DNA of 44,420 nucleotides from Octopus bimaculoides (lineage: Eukaryota), in assembly GCF_001194135.2 (NCBI RefSeq), contig NC_069001.1, positions 27,728,844 through 27,773,263 on the forward strand. The letters run 5' to 3'. Shown piece after piece: positions 1 to 13,168 of this stretch. The notes below the pieces were generated by a model, which saw nothing but the letters and a program-made list of their open reading frames with translations, was not told where the DNA came from and did no database searches. Numbering within the stretch: the first letter of the stretch is position 1; every line of letters starts with the position of its first letter. The translations under genes were made by a program, and so were the position numbers.

Positions 1-495
1 CCCAAGTAGCAACTAATTATAAAAGTAGAAGCACTCCAGGGCTCAATAACAAGAAAGATAGACGGCATTAGAGGCATTGAATATTAACTACACTCACTAC
101 GCTCGCTCTCAACGCTTTGTTAATTTCCATATTTCCATGTATTCGTCAAACATTTCTAGTAGTTTTACTGAATCGATAATATCGTAACGACTTCAAGAGT
201 TTTCGTCAATTTGTCACGATGAGTGCGATTAGTGTTTTACCTATTTCTGATATATCTCTACATATCAAATCTATAATATACTTATACGTGTTAACCAGCT
301 GGAGAAGGCGTCCTCCTTGAGTTAAAATAGCAATATCGCCTATTCTTAGTGAACACCCATGTTTAGATGTCAATTAGAAAAAAAAAAAAATTATTTCGCA
401 GTATAGATGTTTCTAATTGAGTTGCTCTTAACTAGACAATTTGCTTGTTGCAAAACCAGTGACTGTTATTTATTTTCTTTATAATGCAAGCTGTG

Positions 496-883
496 TGGAG
501 GCGCAATGGCCCAGTGGTTAGGGCAGCGGACTCGCGGTCATAGGATCGCGGTTTCGATTCCCAGACCGGCCGTTGTGAGTGTTTTTTGAGCGAAAACACC
601 TAAAAAGCTCCACGAGGCTCCGGCAGGGGATGGTGGCGAACTCTGCTGTACTCTTTCACCACAAATTTCTCTCACTCTTACTTCCTGTTTCTGTTGTGCC
701 TGTAATTCAAAGGGTCAGCCTTGTCTCACTGTGTCACGCTGAATATCCCCGAGAACTACGTTATGGGTACACGTGTCTGTGGAGTGCTCAGCCACTTGCA
801 CGTTAATTTCATGAGCAAGCTGTTCCGTTGATCGGATCAATTAGAACCCTCGACGTCGTAAGCGACGGAGTGCCAACAACAAC
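496..883 (+). mobile_element. Full-length tRNA-derived SINE with 13-bp target-site duplication
   Basis: A-box-like TGGCCCAGTGG and B-box-like GTTTCGATTCC in a tRNA-like head; (CAA)n tail; exact direct repeat AATGCAAGCTGTG at 483-495 and 884-896. Confidence 0.92.
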
Positions 884-1060
884 AATGCAAGCTGTGATGT
901 ACTACTGCTATGTCTAGAAGACAAGGAACCTTCACCAAGGATGATCGTAATACGGTCGAAACTGTGAGGTCTAATGGTCTCGATAACTGAGAAAAGTAAA
1001 GAGTTCTCTCCCAGCTTGCAAGATATATCGAATGTCAAGCACACTGTTAACCAAATGGAG

Positions 1061-1123
1061 GAAAATAGCAGACATATATCATTTTATATGATATATGAAA
1101 ATAGCAGGCATATATCATTTTAT
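1061..1123. repeat. Local tandem duplication, 27-bp copies, period 36
   Basis: GAAAATAGCAGACATATATCATTTTAT at 1061-1087 and GAAAATAGCAGGCATATATCATTTTAT at 1097-1123. Confidence 0.85.
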
Positions 1124-1861
1124 TTATTTCGACATCTTACTGAACGTGTGCATTAGGTGGCAAAAATACGTCTATTTTGAATGCTCTTCCAACTTTCTTC
1201 AGAAAGTTTCATTTTGATTTAGCAGACGTCTGAGGCACGAATTTTCCGTAATAACGTACTACGAATTAATCAGTCAATTAAACCGTTTATCCATAAGCAT
1301 CTCGTTCATTTGTTGCACATTATTTATCATAATTTGTTGTTATAGTTTCTGCACGGTAGTATATTGTTTGAGAAATATATTGCAGCTGTTTCTAGCACAA
1401 TACGAGAGTGTATAGAGTGGATGTGTCCCTCAGATATTCGTCACATAATTCACATTCGTGTGGATTTTAACGAGAATTTTTGATTAGTGTGTTTTTCTCA
1501 TCATTTTCTAGTCATTATTATGACGCTAATTAACATACTCTATCTAATATAAAACAATGAAAAAATATCAAATCAATAACAAAAAATAAACAAATACAAA
1601 AATTATTATCGCATCAGCGGTGGTATTATTGAATTAATCATGACAGCAAAAATTAAATATAAACAATGAAAAAATATATATATAAATGTATAGAAGCAAC
1701 GTTGGATAAATAATTATTCAAATTAATACCAACGTGAAACATTGAGAAATATATGGTGGCTCATAAACATATGCCCACAGGTGATAATAAATTAATACAT
1801 ACATACATACATATATATATATATGTGTGTGTGTGTGTATGTAAATATATGTATATATCCG

Positions 1862-1894
<33 letters not shown>

Positions 1895-2233
1895 TTGTAT
1901 ATATTTATACATGTATGTGTGTAATTTTTAATATTCTAATTTACAAGCAATAATAACTATTAACACCAGAATTGAATAAAAAAAAAAAGACTGCATCGAT
2001 CCGAAATATTTGCAATAATTATTTTCTTCTTTTGTGGTTTGATCCTTTGGATTTTATAGTTTATTTTTCATATGTATGAGGGAGAAAAATACGTCTCATT
2101 ATGTATAATTACTAATATTAATGGAGAATTAAAAAATCATAATACGATTCATGAGCTGCACCTGATGAAAATTGCATTCTAATGAAACTAATGCAGAGGA
2201 AAATGAATGCATGTGTATATGAATGCGTGTGTG

Positions 2234-2289
<56 letters not shown>

Positions 2290-3535
2290 AGGGAGAGAGT
2301 GAGAGAGATGCACAAAGAGAGAGAGAGAGAGATATGTATTAGTCTGTGTGTTTGTGCGTATGATTTTGTTTGCGCGTGTGTGTGTGTTTGTGTGTGTATA
2401 CGCGTGCGTAAAAGATACAGAAACGAGAGGCATATTGGCTAGAAAGAGATGGAGAGAGAGAGAGCTAGATATAAATATTGTGAAAGTTTTAGATAGAAGG
2501 GTGTCACGGAAAGAGATAAATTAATACAAATATATAACTAATGAAAATAGGAATTATCCGACACATACCATGAATAAGTCTTATAACTGTGTGTGAGCGT
2601 GTGTGAGTTTGTTTTTCCGTATTTTTTTCTTATTGTGTGTGTGCGTGCGTGTGTATGTGTGCGTATGAGCGTGAGTGGGTTTGCGTGTGTGTAATCGCTT
2701 GTTTAAAGTCCTGTAGTTCTTATATTTAATGTTATAGTCTATTTGGATTTCGCAATTTGATATCAGTCCTGCAGCTATACCATAATAATAGGCATAACGC
2801 TAATGCTATTACTGGTATTACTACCACCACCAACAACAACTACAACACCAACACTACAACAACAGCAACTACTACTACGAGTAGGTGACTACTGGGATAA
2901 AGTCAATATGCGTGAATAGACAGTATTGGGTTGCAACAGCACTTATACTACATGCAAGAAGACTGGTTGTTAGGAACCCTGAATATGAGAATATCATTCG
3001 GAAGTTCGAGGAAGGCTGAGGTCACAGGAATTGTGTTGTTATCGAAGAGTGAACCCACCTAAATTACAGCATCTGAAAGAACAGCAATTGCTAATACCAT
3101 TGTCGTAGTTCACTTTCAGGTAGAGCCTTCACCTAACGTTTGTATTCCCTATTTCAACAATATAAACCAAATTAGTTTTATCGCCAATTTTGTGGAGAAA
3201 ACAACACTATATGTGAGAATTAGCAATTTAATCTTGTTGTCTTTGACTGTTTATGTTATTATTGGGTGAGGCATTAAAGCCTCTTTGTCTCTTCGGGAGT
3301 CATTGTTTTTGTTTTGGAGGTGTCTAATCCTGTCTGTTTATGCTAATTACCCATTGTATATTAACCTTTGAAATAGTGTGATTGTCATAAGAAGGTGTAT
3401 AATTTATCGTCTTTTCGTCATGGCGCCGTGTTCTTAACATACGACAAAAATTAGAAAAACTCTGTGCACGACTAAATAGTCTAGAATCTTGTATTCTTAC
3501 TTCAAAGTGGCTAAAAATAAATACTAACGTTCGAC

Positions 3536-3609
3536 AGATGTCTTTGTTTAAAAATAGTCCTCACAGAAATATAGATATCTTTGTTTAAAAAAAGTTCTCA
3601 CAGAAATGT
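3536..3609. repeat. 37-bp tandem duplication
   Basis: AGATGTCTTTGTTTAAAAATAGTCCTCACAGAAATAT followed directly by AGATATCTTTGTTTAAAAAAAGTTCTCACAGAAATGT. Confidence 0.85.
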
Positions 3610-4594
3610 AGAATCAGTCTCACTCATAAATTACGCTAAGTAATTCCAAAATATGCGGAGCAGAAGGGAACCATTTTGAATCGAATGCATTGTTCGGAAT
3701 AAACCCTACAGTGGATATAATTTTTGCTAGCAATGAAATGTCTGCATTCTACAAGAAGTGTTTTCAGTAAATGAGCGCTAAACAAAGCCTAAAAATGTGT
3801 GTTCTAGTAATAAAGAGTAATAAAGAAAGCTGGGTAAATAGCAGAAGTGGGAATGAATGAATTAGCGAATGAGATTAACTTTGAAGAACTCCATATTGCT
3901 GAGATGATGCTAGTGAATATAGGACTTTGAAATTCGGAGAAACAGTGAATCACTGGTTGAAAATGCATAAACACGTAAAAAAAAAAAAAAAAATGACTAC
4001 TGAGCATGATAAAAAGCAATAACATATCGATTGTAGGATCATTAATGCAGGTACATGAATCAGATTATGAAGTACTAGCTGCAACTGAAATACTGGCGGA
4101 GATTTCGAAATCTGAAGTTGTCAACATTGTTCATTTTAGGCGCATCTATAAGAAAACTAATAGAAAATGCATCGAAAATGCCTTAGAAGTGGATAAGTTT
4201 ACTATTTTAGACAGGGAAAGTTAAGTATGCAATAAATTGCATAGAATTTGCTGTGTGTAAGCACCTCACAAGCGAAAACGAAGTGACTAAATTGAGAAAT
4301 TACTTATTCTTGGTGAAAGTGATGATTTAATGATCATACAAGTTGTCTACGAGAATTCAAATTCGATACAAACTAGGTTAGAAAGGAAGGACTCGGAAAA
4401 AGTTTAAAGACAACGTAAAAAATGGGTAAAAGAAACACTGCCACTCCATCGGTTACGACGACGTGAGTCCCAGTTAATCCACTCAACAGAATATCCTACT
4501 CGCACCTTAGAGACACGCGTACTCTTAACGTAGTTTTCAGGGAGATTCCGCGGAATAGAATGTAACAAGTCTGAACTTTTGTGATACATTTACG

Positions 4595-4723
4595 ACTCAT
4601 TTTTGCCACTTGAGTGGTTTTAAAAGTGTCTTGCTTAAGGATAGAATGCGCTGCCCGGAATCGAACTCATAACCTTACGATCTTGAGCAGAATACTCAAA
4701 CCACTAAACAATGCGCATTCACA
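4595..4723 (-). mobile_element. Degenerate tRNA-headed SINE 5' part (CORE-like)
   Basis: Minus strand reads TGTTTAGTGG (A-box-like), GAGTTCGATTCC (B box, 4657-4668), then TCCTTAAGCAAGACACTT, resembling the CORE block CCTTGRGCAAG. Confidence 0.7.
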
Positions 4724-5223
4724 ACGGCAACTTATGATTTCAAAGAAAGCGGTACTGAAGTAGTGACAGAAAAACCGAAACATACGGGGTCTGACAAAAT
4801 CTCTCAGAAACGTACCAGAAAAGCTTTGTAGAAAGGAATAATTGTGTCAGAAAAAGGTTTGCTTTTTATTCTTTCATAATAACGAATTAAAATTAAAAAC
4901 AACAACAACAACAAAATTGAAAAATCTGAAGCGAAGCTATTTCAACCGACAAAATGACAAACATTTTCGGGGTTGAATAAGAGAGAAAACGCTAAAGATA
5001 ATAAAGAGGATTATTGGATTTTAAATGTGGAATTGGAATTAGATGAAAAGGCCGCTAAACAAAAGAATTTAGGCGTAATAATAGACATGTTCCGTAAACA
5101 GGCGAAAAGCTCCTTAATTGGAATTCAACCCTCTTCAAATCTTCTTGTCTTTCGAAGAATACTCAATTCACGTTTGGTTGGCAGCTGTGAAATGCATTGC
5201 TTCAATTTTTATTTGTGAGAACA

Positions 5224-6110
5224 TTAGAGGTTGACTTGATGGTGATGGCTGGGTGTAGTGGTTGACTTGATGGTGGTAGTGATGGGGGTATTGATGATAG
5301 TGGCATTGGACGTAGTGGTGGCGATGGTGTAGGTGGCAGAGGTAGTGGTGGTGGTGGTGGTGGTGATTATGACGGCGTTGGTGGTCGTAGCGTTGCGTCT
5401 TGTAGTGTTGTTGTTGTTGGAGCTAATCTTGTTGCTGATAGTAACAGGTTTGAACATGTTTTTTGTTGCTGCTTCTGCGAATCAATGTTTTCTTTGGTTT
5501 TTTCCTTTTTATTGTATTTTTTTTCTTGTTTTGTAAAAGAGTAATTTCCATCTTTTGGTGTTGCTATTCTTAAAGTTAATATTTTTTTAAATATTTTTAG
5601 ATAACATTGCCTTTTTGTTATTGTTATTGTCTTCATTGTCATTGGTGTCGTCGTCGTTGTTGTTGTTGTTGTTGATGCTCCTGCCGCTGTTGCTGCTGGT
5701 GGTACTGGTGGTGGGGGAATCGGGGTGGGATTGAGTGATGGGGGATATTAGTGATGAGGGAGATGATGGCGGCGGTACTGATGGTACTGGTGTTGGTGAC
5801 GGTGTTGGTGGCGGTGGTGGGGTGTTGGTAATGACGGTGGTAGTGTGTAGGTGATGGTGGTGGTGCTGACAGTGGTGGGATGTTGATGATGATGTTGATT
5901 GTATTGGTGTTAGTAACGGTGGTTGTGTTGGTGTTGTCATTGTTGATGGCGGTGGTGTTGGCGATAGTGGTGTTGGTGGTGGGGTGTTGGAGATTGTTGT
6001 TATGGAGGTAGTGGTTCTGTTGTTGCTGTTGAGGTAGTGGTTCTGTTGTTGTTATTGTTGGGGTGGTGGTGATGGTGGTGGTGGTGGTGGTTGTGGTGAT
6101 ATTGCTGACG
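5224..6110. repeat. Cryptic G/T-rich trinucleotide low-complexity tract (GGT/GTT/GAT)
   Basis: Runs of GGT, GTT, GAT, GTC triplets; produces spurious T/P/H- and V-rich ORFs. Confidence 0.85.
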
Positions 6111-6720
6111 GAAACACTGTCCTTTTTATCTTCAGTGTTATTTTTTTTTTTTTTTTTTCCTATTCACTCTCGTCGCTTTGTTGGAGTTGCTTCCTTTGTT
6201 TTTGGTGGTGTTGTTTGTGTCAATGGCGATTGTTGCTGTTTTATTTCACATATTGTTGTTGCCGGTTTGTGCGATTGCCTTTTGACAGGCTTTCGCTGCT
6301 TCGGTTACAGTCACTCCTATTCTTATCAACGACAAACGTCAGGCCAGGATAGTCGTTTCCATAGAAAAAGGGAGACACTGGCTGACAGCCTCTCATACAA
6401 CACTTTTGTGTTGGCAGAGTGGCTGTCAAAACCGCTGCCATTGTTAATATTCAGGGAAAAAATTATTTCTAATAGGAAAGGAATATTTAATCGATCTATT
6501 TTAGGCCTGAAGAGGCTAAACATAAAGGAACTAGCTACATTCCACCACCAGGTCATGGAGGGCTCGCAGCGGATTCCAAAAGAATATTAGCAGTTTACTG
6601 GAAGGGAAAACAAACAATAATTCTATTTAAATGTACAGAACGTCTGACAAGTTTTTTTTAGTCATAAAATCATAAACAGATAGGAAAGGAAACAATGATA
6701 ATTGTTATTAATATAATTCT

Positions 6721-6923
6721 TTCTGAATTAGGCACAATGCCAGCAAATATAAGTGAACAGCATTCATTGATTACCATTCACCCCAATACGTGCATACTAT
6801 TTCCATTTATTGATTTAGGAGGGATGAAAGGCAAAGTTGACCTCTGAAGAATTTAAAAAGAGAGCGTAAAGCCAGAAAAAAATATTGCTAGGTATTTCGT
6901 CCAGCCTGCTAACTCTTCAGCCA
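6721..6923 (-). mobile_element. Nin/Deu-domain-like tRNA SINE copy 1 (diverged)
   Basis: GGATGAAAGGCAAAGTTGACCTC block shared with copies at 34.4k, 34.6k, 35.7k, 36.1k and 43.5-43.8k. On the minus strand it reads GCCTTTCATCC, which I recall as the Deu/Nin domain core; the family name is from memory. Confidence 0.7.
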
Positions 6924-6951
6924 ACAACAACAACAACAATAACGATAATAT

Positions 6952-7308
6952 TAAATGCCCTTATGCAGTACCAGACAGTGGCTCTCAAGGCTTTTGATCT
7001 TAACTGATTGGAAGTGTTATCATGTACATCGATTTGTCTTGGTATAAAAGATGGATTACGGTAAATATTCTGCTCAATACTAAAGATTTGCATGGTGATC
7101 TCATATCAAGATTAACAGTGCATGACCTTGAAGGTAGGGACCAGTTAGAATTTTCCTCAGGTCGAGTAGCTAGCTCATCCCGCTCAAAATGTCCCTGAAT
7201 ATGGGTTGTTTAAGGATGTTGGGAAAAAAACACCCATGTTTTCAGAGGTCAATTATCTAAACTTCAACGAATACCTCTCAACACGTAGCTATGATGCTCC
7301 CCTAATAC
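6952..7308 (-). mobile_element. Retroelement 3' fragment with (TTA)n-type tail and internal inversion
   Basis: 7061-7091 matches 14447-14477 in the same orientation; 7246-7308 matches 14541-14603 in reverse complement. Confidence 0.75.
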
Positions 7309-9466
7309 ATGATGGTTATATCGCGCTTCGTATATTTGCACCTCAGTGTCACTTTAATAGACTGCGCTTCTCTCTCACTCAATAATAATAATAATAATAA
7401 TAATTAGTAATAATAATCATTATTAATAACAGTAATAACAATAATAATCTAAATAATAATAATAATCTATTTACTATTCAGACACAAGACTGGTGATTTT
7501 TATGTAATCTCTTTAGTTGAAACTATGGATCTTAGTATTTCAGTAGTTTAATTAAAGGATCCTGGTGGATGAATGGCAATGTTTTAGGCTCGGCAGTTTT
7601 GAACTCACTATTGAAAGAACATTTTGTCCGCGTTGGTCAAATATTGCACATTGGTTTGATGCGGCAGAATAAGTCATGGAAACCTACCCAGCACTTGACT
7701 AAAACTTTATTGTATTGATACAATAAGAAAGGAATTCAAAGTTCCGATCTGCGGGATTTGAACCCGAAACGTAAACACGTTGAGTAGCATTTTTTGCAGC
7801 ATTCTATTGATTGTGTCAATAACACAACGCTTCTAAATTGACAATGCAGCACATGTTACAGACATAAGGATACACATTTGTATCTCTCGGAAAACTGTTG
7901 AATACATAATTAAATAATAATAAATGCAAAAAAAAATGTAGGAAAACACGATCAAAACGAGGAAGATTGTATGAAATAAGCGGAGTATTCTGATGTGATT
8001 TTTTATCAATTTTGTGGAAAATGTCAGCAACCTAAAAAACACTGGCTGAAAAATGTAATTATGATTTCACCTTTGGGCATGAACCACATTATTATTAGTG
8101 TAGGAGAAAAAATCGAATATTGCATTCATGCTTTGTTTCAGAGCATAGTCATTCATATTCAACTGCAGAAAATCATCAAACAGAACAATTTATAAAAGAA
8201 AACATAATCAAAACAGAATTGAACAACTTCAATATGAAACATGACTAACACAATAACATTCCTTGAAAATCGTAAATCTAAATAAAGCCATGATTGTTGT
8301 TTTTCTTGTTCTGTTTTGCTTTGTTTTTGTTTGGGGTTTTTTTCTGTTGAAAGTGATAGATATGATCGATTAATCAACACCACAGAGAAAAAAACGTCAC
8401 ATTCCGTAATTCTGAAACTCGATCGAAACTGTAAGGGGTCGTAATTACGGAATTACGTCCGATACCTGTTTTTTTTTCTTTTTTTTTTTTTTCTTTTCTG
8501 CTACTTCAATATAATTTTAAAAAAAAACGAGCAGTTAAGTTTAGATAAGTGGACTTGAAAAGCAATCACCTCCTATGGAATATTATTTTCTAGAGACAGA
8601 GATAACCGGATTTGGATGCGTTGATACAAGCGACAACAAATTGAGTGCAAATACACGTGTAGTCATTTAATAAAACATTGCAGAATGAATGTACAATGTA
8701 GCGTGAGAATGGCAAATAGTATAATAAGCGCAATTGAAATGCGTGCATTTAAGAAGCGGTATCTTAAAATGCAACAGGTAAAAGTACAGCCGGCTTACTG
8801 GTGGGAAGTGTGCTTCAACTCATCCCGATGAAGGTGCTATCTACATATATCCCGTTGTCTTTTTCCCTCGCTCTCTGTTTTTTTTTTTTTTTTTGTGTAT
8901 CTTTCTTATCTTTCTCTCGTATTGTTCAATACCGTTCCTATAGTCACAAGATTAGCCGCTCCATAAGAAGTAGCGCAGAACTAGTGTCACCTTCATTCTT
9001 GCATTCCCGAGTCACTAACCTATTTCTATCCACATGAATATTGTGGCCAAAACATACACACCTCCGCGTGGATCTGTTCCAACTACTTTATAAAGTACTT
9101 TATCGTTTGATCAGTCGTCCTCCGGAATTTCTTTCCTATCCTTGTTTTGCCTGCAACTTGCAAACTATTACTGTTAACGTAAAGGAATTCAATATTGATT
9201 GACAGACAAGAAAAAAATAAATAATTTGCATCGTTACAGCTTCGAGTCGTATGTGATCGCACTCCTCACTTTTTGCGCAAGTGTGTTGTAATGTTGTTTG
9301 TAGTTGACCAATGACTTCAGACTAAAATGTAATAGAAACTATGCGAAAGCAGCCGTTTATATACCAGATAAGTGATCAGGGAAAGTATAAAAGTGATTCT
9401 GTTACTTAATAAAAAGAAAAAAAGATGTTTCAAAATATATACCTGACCAAAACTTATATATTTATA

Positions 9467-9511
<45 letters not shown>

Positions 9512-9567
9512 ACACATGCATGCATGCATACATACATACGTACATACATATATACATACATACATAC

Positions 9568-9663
9568 AAAAGACTTTCTCACTTTCCCTAGCGTCAAACT
9601 ATTACACTTGCTTGTTGTTCATACATCTGTCTTCATCTTTTGATTTCCGGCAAATTACAACTA
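9568..9663 (+). mobile_element. Penelope-like pLTR 3' fragment
   Basis: Aligns to 19998-20093 (AAAAGACTTTCTCAC...CGTCAAA...TACACTTGCTT...CATACA.CTGTCTTC.TCTTTTG...CAACTATATA). Confidence 0.8.
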
Positions 9664-9674
9664 TATATACATAC

Positions 9675-9705
<31 letters not shown>

Positions 9706-9706
9706 C

Positions 9707-9915
9707 AGGCGTGTCTATGTGGTAAAAAGCTTCCTTCCCAACAATATGGGTCTGGGTTCAGTCCCACTGTGTTGCAACTTAGGCGAGTGTCTTCTACTGT
9801 AGCCTCAGGATGACCAAAGCCTCGTCAGTGGATTTGGTAGACGAAAATTTAAAGAAGCCCGTCGTATATATGTATGTATATATATATATATATATATCTG
9901 CGTGTCTGTGTCTGT
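9707..9915 (+). mobile_element. CORE-like tRNA SINE, 5' module
   Basis: GGGTTCAGTCCC B-box-like, TTAGGCGAGTGTCTTCTACTGTAGCCTC...GGATTTGGTAGACG...AAAGAAGCCCGTCG shared with copies at 12729, 22758 and 37832-38217. Confidence 0.85.
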
Positions 9916-11548
9916 ATGAACCACTGTTTACGTTTTTGTATTAAACTGCTTCAATTGAAGCATCAAGTACGTTATGGTAATATGTTAACGATGAGTCTTT
10001 CGATACATATCGCTGAAAAAATTACTCAGGATTAAATGGGTGCACTTTTCGATATGATTGATAAAAAATATTGGACAATTAATGATTCGGTACACTACTA
10101 TATTTCTTGCGATATGGTAAACTATTATATTTCTTGAGATATAATATTTACGAGATATTCATTATTTATTGATAATGAAAATGAAAATTTTCGCGAGATA
10201 GAAAATGCAGAATCCAAGCATGGTTCTCTTTATAAGATGTTCGCTTTGGTAAAATGTGACTCGTTCATAGCACAAGCTTTATAGAAGTCTGGCATTTATG
10301 TTCCATTATGCTCGGAACTGATTTTAGGTTGTAACTAAGATTTCTTTTATTTCACGTGGTTCGGGTCACGATTCGATCTTTCAGCACGACAGTCTGAAAG
10401 CTTATAATATCCATCCAATTTATATTATAATCGACTCAAACTAGCGACAAAAAATAGGTTTCAGGGAAAATATAATAGATAGTATGATCATAGAGCGAAT
10501 GGCAGAGCATAGAAAAGAATTAGTATTTCGTAGATAGTTTTTTTTATGGAAATACGAAGGAGTATATTTATATATATATATATATATACCTGTATATTTA
10601 TATACAATGTTTATATATAAAGCAAATATTATGTTGCTGTATTTGGCCCTATTGATGCGCACATATTTAAAGCAATATGATGTAGATTATATGATTTATG
10701 CAATGTAAGGTCGTGCAAATAAAGTTAGATCTAGCAGACAGGAATATTATACATATTTTATGGTAAATGGTGGTAAACGAAAACAAAAATATATAAAAAT
10801 CCCACAAGCATACAACGCATATATACATAGACGCAAAATAGGTATACATACATACAAACACAAATACATTTATATACACACACACGGATATGTGTATGTG
10901 CACATGTATGTGTGTACGTGTTTTGTGTGTGTGTGTGTGTGTATGCCAATCACGTGAACAAAATAATGTGCGTATAAACAAAAGAAAGTTCATATTTATT
11001 AATAAGCCATAATCGTGTGCGTTGTCATAAGCGACATATTCGTCAAATAACTTATGTCCTCACAGACAGGCAGACAACTACACAAACTCTCACTCACTCA
11101 GAAATAGAGCTAGTCACACTCACTGAACGTGTGTGTGTTGATGAATGTATGTGTCGAATATAACAACACAGCTTATAATTCCTAATTAATTAATGCGACC
11201 CAGACTTGTCACATTTTATTCAATGTGATATACATAGGTATATTAAACGTCTACGTATGAGTGTCAGTGTTAATATGAATGTGTGTGTCTATATCCACAG
11301 CTAGTTATTAGTGAAAAACTTCTCTGAATCTAGATTGTGAAAATTGCATTACTAACAAAAAAGAGAGAGAGAGAGAGGGAGACAGTGCGATATAAAATCT
11401 CTCTTTCTTTCTCTCTCTCTCTCTCTCTCTACACACATACACACATATGTGTGTGTGTAGGTACACGTGTATATGTATATATAATGTATTACCATATATG
11501 CATACATATGTATATATATATACACACACACACATATACATGTGTGTA

Positions 11549-11589
<41 letters not shown>

Positions 11590-12327
11590 TTATACATACA
11601 TACATATGCATATATGTACGTATGTACTTGTGTATGTATGTATGTATGTATGTATAGTCACATGTACTTATATGCCTTGTTTTCGGAATTCACTTTTTGT
11701 TCGTAGCAATATTTCCGGGAACAAAATTTTCGCTGCGGAAAGGAAATTATACTAACTTTTCCTTATCTTTTATTTATTAATCAAAAAGAAATTTTCGCCA
11801 AAAAAGGTGCTACTTCTTTCGTCTAATTTCACAATACTATTTTCTGTAGCATTGCAGTCAACTGAGCGCTCGTTTAATTGGCTTATAGGCTGCTGATTTG
11901 TATCAAACCAGCTGATGCAACCAACTTCGCTGATTCAGAAGTTAAGAATACAAACATTTACCATTCATATAGAACGCTAATTGCTGCAAGAAATTTGTTT
12001 ACTGTATTCCTAATAATATATTCCTTGGTTTCGAATAGTAACTTCGAAATGTAGTCATTAGAAGTGAAAAGAACTGAAATAGCAATATGGCATCTGTTGA
12101 GACGTTTTGATGTGCAGGTTTAGAAATTATCTTAAGTGGTTCAATTCGCACTCATGTATTTCAGGATTATTTTTAGCAATAGAGTTGAGGCCTCACGCCT
12201 TTATAGAATTCGGTAGACGAGCAAGTTAGTGAGTCGTGGTATGTTCATATACGTACAAAGAGACACAGACACACATACACACACACACACACATATATAT
12301 ATACACATGCATAAATATATGTATTTA

Positions 12328-12360
<33 letters not shown>

Positions 12361-12698
12361 NNNNNNNNNNNNNNNNNNNNNNNNNNNNNNNNNNNNNNNN
12401 NNNNNNNNNNNNNNNNNNNNNNNNNNNNNNNNNNNNNNNNNNNNNNNNNNNNNNNNNNNNNNNNNNNNNNNNNNNNNNNNNNNNNNNNNNNNNNNNNNNN
12501 NNNNNNNNNNNNNNNNNNNNNNNNNNNNNNNNNNNNNNNNNNNNNNNNNNNNNNNNNNNNNNNNNNNNNNNNNNNNNNNNNNNNNNNNNNNNNNNNNNNN
12601 NNNNNNNNNNNNNNNNNNNNNNNNNNNNNNNNNNNNNNNNNNNNNNNNNNNNNNNNNNNNNNNNNNNNNNNNNNNNNNNNNNNNNNNNNNNNNNNNNN

Positions 12699-12728
<30 letters not shown>

Positions 12729-12731
<3 letters not shown>

Positions 12732-12947
12732 CGCATGCGTGGCTGTGTGGTAAGAAGTTTGCTTCTTAACCACATGGTTCTGGGTTCAGTTCCACTGCGG
12801 GGCACCTTGGGCAAGTGTGTACTACTATAGCCTCGGGCCGACTAAAACCTTGTCAGTGGTAGACGGAAACTGAAAGAAACTTGTCGTGTATGTGTGTGTG
12901 TGTATCTGTGTGTCTGTGTTTGTCCCCTCCACTATCGCTTGACAAAC
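12729..12947 (+). mobile_element. CORE-like tRNA SINE, 3'-truncated
   Basis: GTGGCTGTGTGGTAAG head, GGGTTCAGTTCC, GCACCTTGGGCAAGTGT CORE-like block, internal (TG)n, GCTTGACAA. Confidence 0.88.
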
Positions 12948-13130
12948 AATACAGCATGACGTTTCCAAATGTCTGGTAGAGTGAATTGTGTTCCGGTGCT
13001 GTTTTTCTCACAGACGGTGCCCCACTGACACTACAATACTGTGTAGTCAACAAAATCAAAACCCAAAAATGTGCGTGTGCTAAATTAAAAATATAGAATG
13101 GTGATAATTTACTCATTGCACTATGCATGC

Positions 13131-13168
<38 letters not shown>

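Noticed and set aside
3650-4590. Coding-like patches including ORF 4006-4224 (EILAEISKSEVVNIVHFRRI, faintly like LINE ORF1)
   Set aside because: No diagnostic motif such as a zinc knuckle; frames are broken; cannot be assigned by eye.
5224-6110. Mucin-like T/P/H-rich minus-strand ORFs
   Set aside because: Explained by a cryptic triplet repeat; no splice signals or unique domain.
8401-8453. 11-bp inverted repeat ATTCCGTAATT/AATTACGGAAT
   Set aside because: Short and single; no TSD or second copy; plausible by chance.
8690-8830. QCSVRMANSIISAIEMRAF...PAYWW, faintly like PLE RT motif B
   Set aside because: No YVDD follows and spacing is off.
12985-13097. CVVNKIKTQKCACAK* resembling a cystine-knot C-terminus after a good AG acceptor
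   Set aside because: Too short, spacing does not fit TGF-beta or IL-17, and no partner exons were found.
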